Source: Octopus vulgaris | Lineage: Eukaryota | Assembly (NCBI GenBank): GCA_951406725.2 | Contig: OX597814.1 | Coordinates: 130,634,001-130,698,000 of the forward strand | Length of the DNA stretch: 64,000 nucleotides | Direction of reading: 5' to 3' | Shown here: piece by piece, positions 54,541 to 64,000 of the stretch | Layout: every line of letters starts with the position of its first letter | Numbering within the stretch: position 1 is the stretch's first letter | Program-made: the position numbers and the translations under genes | Notes under the pieces: generated by a model | What the model was told of the DNA's origin: nothing | Database searches by the model: none | What the model saw: the letters and a program-made list of their open reading frames with translations, nothing else

Positions 54541-55092
54541 CATGATGCAGTACCAGGCAGTGGCTCTCGTGGCTTCTGATCTTAACTGATTGGAAGTGTT
54601 ATCACGTACATTGTTTTGTCTTGGTATAAAAGATGGGCCACAGCAAATATTCTGCTCAATACCACTGATTTGCTTGTCAGTTGTTTGATCTCAACCAGTT
54701 GAGCATGTCCCTCAGTGGCTGACAATATGTGCATCTCTGATCACGAGCAGAAGTAGTGGAGGATCATCATAGCTATGTGTTGAGAGGGATTCTTTGGGGT
54801 TTGAAAAATTCACCTCTGGGAACATGGGTGTTTCGTTCAACATCCTTAAACAATCCTTATTCAGGGACGTTTTGAGCAGGATGGGTTACTCGACCAGAAG
54901 AAAATTCTAACTGGACCCCACCTGCAAGGTCATGTGCTGTTTATCTTAATATGAGATCACCATGTCGCGCACATATGGTTGTGATGCATATGCTTAGTGT
55001 ACCCTTATGAGACGGGTAGTCATGATGGGTATACTGGGCTTCGTATATTTTATCCCAGTGTCACTTTGATGGCATGCGCTGCTCTCTCACTC
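54541..55092 (+). mobile_element. (AAT)n-embedded retroposon, longest copy
   Basis: Matches 8002-8545 end to end; (AAT)n flanks. Confidence 0.85.
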
Positions 55093-55141
55093 AATAATAA
55101 TAATAATAATAATGATAATAATAATAATAATAATAATAATG

Positions 55142-55208
<67 letters not shown>

Positions 55209-55210
55209 TG

Positions 55211-55283
<73 letters not shown>

Positions 55284-55284
<1 letters not shown>

Positions 55285-55414
55285 TTGCGAAAAATTCACA
55301 AAAACGATTCACAAAGACGATGTTTCTGTCTGCCAAGTCCTCGCTGAAAAGGAGTACCTCATAAGATACGAAAGATTAAGGCAGCACATCCACTGGAATG
55401 CTTGTAAATACTAC
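55284..55414 (+). pseudogene. R4/Dong-like zinc-knuckle fragment
   Basis: CEKFTKTIH...VSVCQVLAEKEYLIRYERLRQHIHWNACKYY resembles the CCHC/RHD..IHW region upstream of RLE. Confidence 0.65.
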
Positions 55415-56560
55415 TGCTCAGCACCGAGTAGCATTCCCCCATCCCGATGCATCAAAGACCTGATAGTGGTTTTGTTGCCGCATTGTGTCTCCACTATTCG
55501 GATCCATCGGACGGCTTTAATTCCTTCGTGTTTGAGAGCGCGGGCTCTAGCTCTGACAACGCAACCTTCGTGTTCCGCCTCGAAGAAATGATCAAAGGGC
55601 TATTCTTTGCGTTAGTACGTCGGTCACGACATCTTTACAAATAGGTTCTAGTTTCTTAACTAGTACTCCCTTTAATCTATTTGTTTCTATACCTAAACCG
55701 TTGCTAAACGCTATTGATTCTGCTGTAATCTCCTTCTCCGGGTGATCCACCATCGGTTGTTGACGATTACTCCCGTCAACTGCCTCTTTACCACTTCACT
55801 GATCCAGCCCCTGTCATATTTGCGTGCTGGAATGGACGCGTTCAACTTCCAGTTACCAGGTCCCTGTCTACGGGTCTTATCTAAGTCGAATCTGCAGATC
55901 ACAAATTCGAGGGGAACCAACGCTATCTCTATCCGCTGACATAACAAATTATCTAGATACGAGCTGGATGACACGTTGTGGTTGCTCCATGACCACACTG
56001 GCAGATCGGGGAAATCCAGTCGATACCTGTCAGACAGTTGGAAGTTTCTGGGCAGGTTTTCACAGCTTTTGCACCCACTTCTGCTATGTACTAGCCCCAC
56101 ACATCTTTCCGTGCGTCCAAAATACCATTCCAGTTCCCCACTAGCACTAAAGTGAGAGATATTCCCAGAAAATTTGCTAGACGCCTGAAGAAATTTGGTC
56201 TTCCAGCCCCAATCGGGGCATTGGCGGATATCAATCTAAAGGCGCCACCTTTGCTGCCATTCACATCCAGGATCATCAATCTGGTCAGGTTCAAGAAGAT
56301 TGCTCTTACTTCGAGATCAAGGGTTTTCAGAATACCACTGCTACTCTGCCGCCCTCTCCCGACGGACCACTATTGAAAATATCTCATAGCTGTCGAAAAT
56401 GGGTGTTAGTACTTGCTCATTAGAAATCCTTGTCTCGCTAATTGCGGCCACATTTAAATCGAGCGACCTGAGGTCGTTGAGCAAGTAACCTTGTTTACAA
56501 GCTGACTCCAACTCACGTGCATTCACATAGCCCACTCTGAGAACAGCCATATTTATCGGA
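55415..56560 (-). pseudogene. L1/Tx1-like ORF2 AP-endonuclease remnant
   Basis: VGYVNAREL, VAAISETR, FRLISANAP, LVLVGNWNGILD, SYLDNL, PGNWKLNASI; frameshifted. Confidence 0.82.
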
Positions 56561-57279
56561 GAAACAAAAAAGAGAGAAGTCACCTTGGGTTTTGAGTAGG
56601 ACGGCTGATTCAGCAGCCTCTTTTGCTGAATTATAATTATTGAAGGGCCTTGCCAAAGTACTTTTATCCGGCTTTAGTCTAAAGAGTGGAGAATAAGGGA
56701 TCCTTCCTCTTCTGGTCGAAAATGACAGGAAAACACCACTATTTTCCGGAGGAAGCCGAAGATTTTCGAAAACAAAACACGGAGCCGAGGTCAAGCGCGA
56801 CTTACCATGCTGACAGCCATAATAATAATAAAGATTTCTTTTACTGGCCACAAGGACCAAAGACATGGAAGACAATATTGAAGGACGAGCAACAGCACAC
56901 AAAACAAAGCAAAAACAAAAAATACAAAAATAAAAACAGGTGGAATTTACATCGATCGAAGGGAGATACTACCACATTAAAGGATATAACAGATGATATA
57001 TAAGAGAAATTAGAGAAATAAATAATAAATAAATAATTAGAATCCCCAATAGCGAGGCAGTCGACTTAGCGTAATCCGGGGTAAACCCCACGCATGAGAA
57101 ATTCCCTCTTCTCGTCAATTCGGACTCACCAGTCTTGACATTGTCGACCACCTTTTGATAAACACACTAGAAGGCAGCACCACCTTCTCTACCCTCACCT
57201 TCGTCTTCAAAAATAATAATTAATCACAATAATAAATACAGGTAGATGGGAATATACATTTAGTGTATAATATATAAAC

Positions 57280-57314
<35 letters not shown>

Positions 57315-57371
57315 TTTTGCTATAAAATAAAATAATTCAATGAGTTTTTGGCAACTTATATGACTGATAAC

Positions 57372-57682
57372 GGAGGCGCAATGGCCCAGTGGTTAGAGCA
57401 GCGGACTCGCGGTCGTAGGATCGCGGTTTCGATACCCAGACAGGGCGTTGTGAGTGTTTATTGAGCGAAAACACCTAAAGCTCCACGAGGCTCCGGCAGG
57501 GGTGGTGGCGATCCCTGCTGTACTCTTTCGCCACAACTTTCTCTCACTCTTTCTTCTGTTGGCCTGCTCGCTTAGCCTGCGGGGTGGGGTCATTTGAAGG
57601 CTAAAACAATGCGAAGCGCATTGTGACCAGCGATGTGTAACAACATCTGATAGCGTGGTCGTTCACGGTGATCACGGTGATA
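57372..57682 (+). mobile_element. SINE family D, full length
   Basis: A box TGGCCCAGTGG, B box TTTCGATACC; tail ends (TCACGGTGA)2; flanking direct repeat ATATGACTGAT. Confidence 0.9.
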
Positions 57683-58257
57683 TGACTGATGACACAATGT
57701 TTAGGTTTTCAGTGTTTAACTCCAAGTGGATCCATAATAAAACACATTCCAAACATGATCGTCTCGGGGCTTATTTTTAAAGCAAAGTGAACTTTAGACT
57801 ACATTCTCTAATGAGTCATTCCACTTTTTGAAATGAGCGGTAAAGTAGGATTTCAGAATCAATTGGATGATATTTATAACGGATCGAGTTTGAAATATTT
57901 CGGTTTCTCATATGGATGTTGTGCGGACCGTTACAGGATTTACCGAATAAACAGACTTCAATGTACAATCTGTTTCAGATTTACAACATTCTTTGAAACA
58001 TCATTTAGCATGAAAATGGAACGATTATGTACGTAAAACGAAATACTTCCAAGATTTTTTTTCCGTATGAGTTGAACATCTTTAAGTCTCACTCTTGAAA
58101 TTAAATAATAAATGTTTTATGGGCCACTATCTACACAAGAAATATTTCTACAAGTGTTATTATTCACTAATTCATGCCTGCCGCCATTTTTATCGTTTGC
58201 TATTTTGCTGTCAAACGGACGCATACGGCTCGTCTTTTTATTATTTTGGAAATATAA

Positions 58258-58650
58258 GGCAACGAGTTGGCAGAAACGTTAGCACGCCAGGTGAAATGCT
58301 TAGCGGTATTTCGTCTGCCGTTACGTTCTGAGTTCAAATTCCGCCGAGGTTCATTTTGCCTTTCATCCTTTCGGGGTCGATAAATTAAGTACCAGTTACA
58401 CACTGGGGTCGATGTAATCGACTTAACCTTTTGTCTATCCTTGTTTGTCTCTTCTATGTTTAGCTCCTTGTGGGCAATAAAGAAATAAGAAATGTTAGCA
58501 CGCCGGGCGAAATGCCTAGCGGTATTTTGTCTGTCGTTACATTCTGAGTTCAAATTCCGCCGAGGTCGACTTTGCTTTTCATCTTTTCAGAGTCGATAAA
58601 TTAAGTACCAGTTGCGTACTGGGGTCGATCTAATCAACTACCCCGCCCCC
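58258..58650 (+). mobile_element. Tandem dimer of SINE family B
   Basis: Two bodies joined at AAAGAAATA|AGAAATGTTAGCACGCCGGGCG. Confidence 0.88.
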
Positions 58651-60287
58651 CAAAATATAAGGAACCTAATATAAGCTAATATAAGAAACCTAAGGTGCTG
58701 TTGTGATACACTATCACTATTAAAAAAAAAAAGAAACTCTAAAGAGTATATTCATTGAAAGAATCTTCAAATTTTATGATGTTTTGTCTTCTACAATTTA
58801 CCCTATCATTTCGGTCTCTATCACTTCTAAAAACTGCATATGGATTAGCATGAACTAACTTTTCTTCATCAATTAGAGCTTCTATTTTCTACAGAAAATT
58901 CTTATCAAACGTCATCCAAATAGGTTTAGATTCGCCATTGTCGTACGTTTGAGAAAACATATTTATGTAGAGTGCATTTTGCTATTGTCACTATAATTGA
59001 GCTCATTGAATATAAGGCTTCCCAAAGCAGCAACTCCCATTTTGGGTCTTCATGACTAATTGTAATGTCTTTAGCCATGTCCAATTGTCACTCGTTTGGG
59101 TAATTCGTTTGGCTAAGAGTTTTCTCATAAGTACTATGGCAACGATTTATTACCAAATTTCATAGACAAGTTAGCATTTAAAAAAATATATACTAAGATT
59201 CTCGACCACTCGATACTAAATCTAGATTCCCGCTTGTCACAAATATCTGAATTAATAATTTAATTCCCGTAGTGGTACCAATGTCTAGAATGGCTGTGCA
59301 AATATGAAACCTGAGTACTATTTAACAATAGCCAAAATGCACATCTATTTTGTATTGGATTCCCTTGGTCCTGTTGAGTAAATAAGCAGTCCTTCCAGTT
59401 GTTAAGCTTGACAAATTTTGTGGGAAAAGCTGGCTTAATACGAAGGTTATTTTTCTTTACCTGCAAAACACCTTCTTTACATCGGCATGGTAAATTTACA
59501 AGGTAAGTTTTGCCATTTTGTGTATTGAGAGAACTGACAGACTTCAAAATGGCAAAGATGTTCTTCTTGAAATTGAGAAAGAGAATAAGAAAAAAGGCAA
59601 AACAAATCTTGGAGAAAAAGCACCAGCAATAGTGTTTTCTCTTATAGAACGATGAAATATGCTATGAATGTATTCAGGCATTTCCACTCGTCAATGTAAC
59701 AGTTTATTATTTTTAACTTGTGATGAATATTTGTTTTTAAAAATAAAATTAGTATCTTCTTAATATGTTAATAGTTGAAAAGACTCTGCAAGTAATGTAT
59801 TTTTAATACCTTCGATAGTTGCAAGTTTCAAGTTCAATCAAGTGATGTTTTGCTCATGATTAGTTAACGTCCTTGAAAAATTAGCTGTAGGACAATTATT
59901 GCGCAGCAATATGCCAACCAGATATGACCACCTGAGAAGTATTCATTTGTAATACAAATATTTCATATTCATCAAAAGTTCTGAATGTAGGCTTATGAAT
60001 AGAACATTTGAGATTACTATATTGACGTTTTTATGACTCAATTAATGAATAATGAGAAATTGATAATATTAGCTATATTTTATCTTGATAATGTGGGAGC
60101 ACCTGGAGCAGTATAAGAATATTTTAGCCGTCTTTGAAGTGATATTTCTTTTATTAAAAGGATCACTCCTTAATGCTTCTAATCTCCTGATTTTAGAGTT
60201 CCATAAGACATTTTGTATTTCCAAAAAGTTTTTATATATAAATATATAAATATATATATATATACATATATACATATAACTTTCTCA

Positions 60288-60339
<52 letters not shown>

Positions 60340-60448
60340 TCTTTCTTTCTTAATTTTATATTCCTGAAGCTCTATCAGAGCGCTAATTAGTTGTACAGTA
60401 AAGTGGATTACTATACTATTTACTTCTTCCTTTTATATATATGTATAG

Positions 60449-60665
60449 GGCGGCGAGCTGGTGGAATCGTAAGCACGCCGAGCGAGAAGCTAAGCGGTAT
60501 TTCGTCTGTCTTTACGTTCTACGTTCAGATTCCACCGAGGTAGCCTTTGCCTTTCATCCTTTCGAGGTCGATAAATTAAGTACCAGTTGCATACTGGGAT
60601 CAATCTAGTCGACTGGCCTTCCTCCCTCAAAATTTCGGGCCTTGTGCATAGAGTAGAAAAGATTA
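60449..60665 (+). mobile_element. SINE family B
   Basis: GGCGGCGAGCTGG...GCCTTTCATCCTTTCGAGGTCGATAAATTAAGTACCAG. Confidence 0.85.
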
Positions 60666-61061
60666 TGTTTGTATGTATGGATGGATGGATTGATGGATGG
60701 ATGGATGTGTCAGTAGCCACCTTTCCTTTCTTAGTCGCTGCCTTCATCACCGCCTCGTGCGTGTGTGAGTTATATATACATTTCTTGTTTAAAGGAAGTA
60801 GAGAGACTTTAATAGTCATATTTTCTGATTCCCAGTCATTATTAGTAACATTATTAGTATATATGCAATCGTTGCACTTAGAGTTTTTCCATTACTTTCA
60901 AATAACGTGAAAAGTCTATATTTAGTATCTAATAAGACTTAGTAATAAGTTTGTATCAGGTCCAACCAGTGTAACTACTTTTATTTTGAGATATCATTTA
61001 CCAAATCTGGAATTAAAAACAAGAAATAGACGTCCGAAGGAGTAAGTTATTCAACAATTTA

Positions 61062-61285
61062 CTCTTTTACTTGTTTCAGTCATTTGACTGTGGCCATGCT
61101 GGAGCACCGCTTTAGTCGAGCAAATTGACCCCATAACTTATTTTTGTAAGCCTAGTACTTATTCTATCGGTTTCTTTGACGAACCGCTAAGTGACGGGGA
61201 CGTAAACACATCAGCATCGTTTGTCAAGCGGTGTTAGGAAACAAACACAGACACACAAACATATATACACACACATGCACACACA

Positions 61286-61319
<34 letters not shown>

Positions 61320-61336
61320 TACGTATATATATATAC

Positions 61337-61383
<47 letters not shown>

Positions 61384-61545
61384 GACAGGCTTCTTTCAGT
61401 TTCCGTCTACTAAATTCACTCAGAAGGCTTTAGTCGGCCCGAGGCTATAGTAGAAGACACTTGCCCAAAGTGCCATGCAGTGAGACTGAACCCAGAACCA
61501 TGTGGTTCGTAAGCAAGCTGCTTACCATACAGCCACTCCTACGCC
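61062..61545 (-). mobile_element. SINE family A, full length with internal microsatellite
   Basis: Reverse complement of the 11694 copy plus internal (CA)/(TA) array. Confidence 0.88.
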
Positions 61546-61699
61546 TAATTTATGAACAATCTTTCACCATTGTTAATCTATTAAGCCTTTTCACAACTAA
61601 ACTATTGCTATGTCCTTTGAACTAGTGGTTATTACCACCGAAATAAATGAATTGTTTAACTTAACAAGTAGGCTAGGAATAGTAGTACTTATACAATTT

Positions 61700-62190
61700 T
61701 TTCAATACCTCGAAACACCTCTAAAGGGTAGAGATTGGTCCACAAATTGGGAGTGTTGGGGGAAGTTATAATGTATTCAATCTCTATACTTTTGTGAAGA
61801 TTAATTAAACTTTCTTACAACAATAAAGACACACAAAGACACTCCATTGTCCAAAATTTGATGTTATAATAACGGTTATTATGAAAAGCAACGCAACACA
61901 TATTGAGACATCTAACTACTTAGAGTGTGTCAAAGAAACCGTATAGAAGTTGATTTAATATTGCTATTTCATGTTAATGACGAAAGAGGTACGAATAAAA
62001 TTTACTGTACTTCCTGAATTAATCAAAGTGTCAACGTCTTTATTAGTTATCGCTGTTGTTATAATAGAAGAATATAAAACTGCTGTAAATGTTGAACAAA
62101 TGGCACTTGATGGCCTTATTATCAATACTAACAAAGTGCTTTTAAGTTGTAATCTAATTTTCTGCCACATGTGCTACGCCGCAACACATC
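61700..62190 (-). pseudogene. LTR-retrotransposon aspartic protease remnant
   Basis: KDVDTLINSGSTVNFIR resembles the retropepsin L(I)DSGS motif. Confidence 0.45.
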
Positions 62191-62349
62191 AGCAAAGAGA
62201 CCAGTCTATTTGCACATAAGTCATAGAGTAGCGATTGACTCACCTGGTTTCTGACATTCAGGTGTTCTTTAACAAACGGCACCGTGTCGTTTCGGGAATT
62301 TTCCCTGGACCAGATTCTGAAGCAAATTTGGCGTATAAACAAAGCACAT

Positions 62350-63060
62350 AGAGTTCCACTTTAAACAAGGTGAAATATTTAAGATAAAATCAAATTTCAC
62401 ATGTGCTTTGGAAAAACCTAATCTATGCTTAGGGTGTGGAAATAACTATATTGGCCAAACAGGAATTTCACTGCGACGAAGAACAACTCTTCAGAAGAAC
62501 AAATCCGCTACCCACAATACAGACAGATACAGGTCAGTGAACACATAGAAAGTTGTGCTAGGAACCTTAAACCCAACTTCAGAATTTTCTCTTTCTATAA
62601 ATGTTCACGGAACACCTCATTACAGCAACGAATAAATAAAGAGGCAGCTTTCATTAATAAATATCATCCACAACTCAAATGAACAGACAACATAATACAG
62701 GACACTACTAACCTTACCAATATAACAATAATTTCCATATATCCCATACATCATTCATATTACAGTATTTATCTACCCTAATTACACCACTTCCAGAACT
62801 ACTTACCTCCCTTGTATGTAATCTTTTCACTCAGGAACTATTAGGTGCGACACCGTTTGGAAATCGGTGTTCATTCAGTGTCAGTGAACAGCTTTTGACG
62901 ATACCGGTATGACTCGGAATCTTCTTTAACAATTCATGATAATGACTTTTATACCTCTTAATTCTACATCAATTGAGCTAATTGTATATATATATCGTTA
63001 CTTTTCATTAAAAAGCCTTTATTTTTTTTTATCCAGTGTGTATTGTCTCTCTTTTTACTA
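62350..63060 (+). pseudogene. Penelope-like GIY-YIG C-terminal fragment + 3' UTR
   Basis: EFHFKQGEIFKIKSNFTCA...CLGCGNNYIGQTG.SLRRR...QIRYPQYRQIQVSEHIESCAR...NKEAAFINKYHPQL*, colinear with the 13793-15043 element; runs into (TA)n. Confidence 0.85.
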
Positions 63061-63109
63061 TTCTCCATATATATTTGTATATGTATATATGTATACATAC
63101 ATACATAGA

Positions 63110-63233
<124 letters not shown>

Positions 63234-63505
63234 CACAGACATATGTTGTTAAATGCTCGAAATACGGGACTAGATAAAACACCCAACAGCTAATGAAGGA
63301 TCGCTCATTACGTTGTTTGTTTTGTTTTCCATTTGTGTCTTTCGTTGTTCGAAAGTATAGTTCGTGTTCCGTGTTCTGTGCTTCATACTTTTGCGTTGTA
63401 CACGTTTTGTGACGTCCTGTGCCCACATATGCATATATATATATATACATACGTATAGATGTATGTATGCACATATATGTGTGTGTGTATTTGTGTGTGT
63501 GTGTG

Positions 63506-63537
<32 letters not shown>

Positions 63538-63580
63538 TATATATATATATATATACTTATATAAGTATGCATTATGTATG

Positions 63581-63684
<104 letters not shown>

Positions 63685-64000
63685 GTTATTAAACTTTTCT
63701 GAGAAGAGTATCAAGGGTGGCTTCGACGTTTCAGTGTGCTGAAGTTTGTCGGACTCTTCGATGGGAGCTAGTAGCCTAAACTTCGAAGTCATTGTCACCT
63801 CTCTTCTTGTAAAGGCTTAGTGAACATGGACTTAACAAAAATGTTTCGAGTGATTCTTCACTTTAATGTTAAATTATCTTTATTATACCTTGACATAAAA
63901 AGACTAATATGTACGTGTAGGGGGCGCAGTTGTACGTATATATGTACGAGTGTAATACATGCATAGAACATATGCATATATATATATACTCATTACAGAT

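Overview
AT-rich, microsatellite-saturated animal genomic DNA with no recognisable host protein-coding exon. The repeat landscape (tRNA-derived SINE families, abundant (TA)n/(TACA)n/(GATA)n/(AAT)n arrays) suggests an octopus-type cephalopod intergenic or intronic region; this is an inference. Most ORFs in the track are translated microsatellites. All real coding signal is decayed transposon: Penelope-like elements (RT + GIY-YIG), restriction-like-endonuclease (RLE) non-LTR fragments (an R4/Dong-like group sitting in (AAT)n and a second group tailed by (TACA)n), CR1-like and L1/Tx1-like LINE fragments, two Gypsy remnants, four mariner copies, a non-autonomous Helitron and a MITE with a 9-10 bp TSD. 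The most interesting structure is a set of small hammerhead-ribozyme-like (HHR) modules with fold-back architecture. The best case is 7582-8710: a head-to-head dimer of [tRNA-like pol III head + (AAT)n + HHR-like tail], flanked by a perfect 13-bp TSD and with an asymmetric tail. It looks like a SINE mobilised by Penelope-type machinery. A perfect 93-nt palindrome at 842-934 is centred on the stem-III axis of another HHR family. Coordinates of degenerate repeats are approximate, and no database searches were run.
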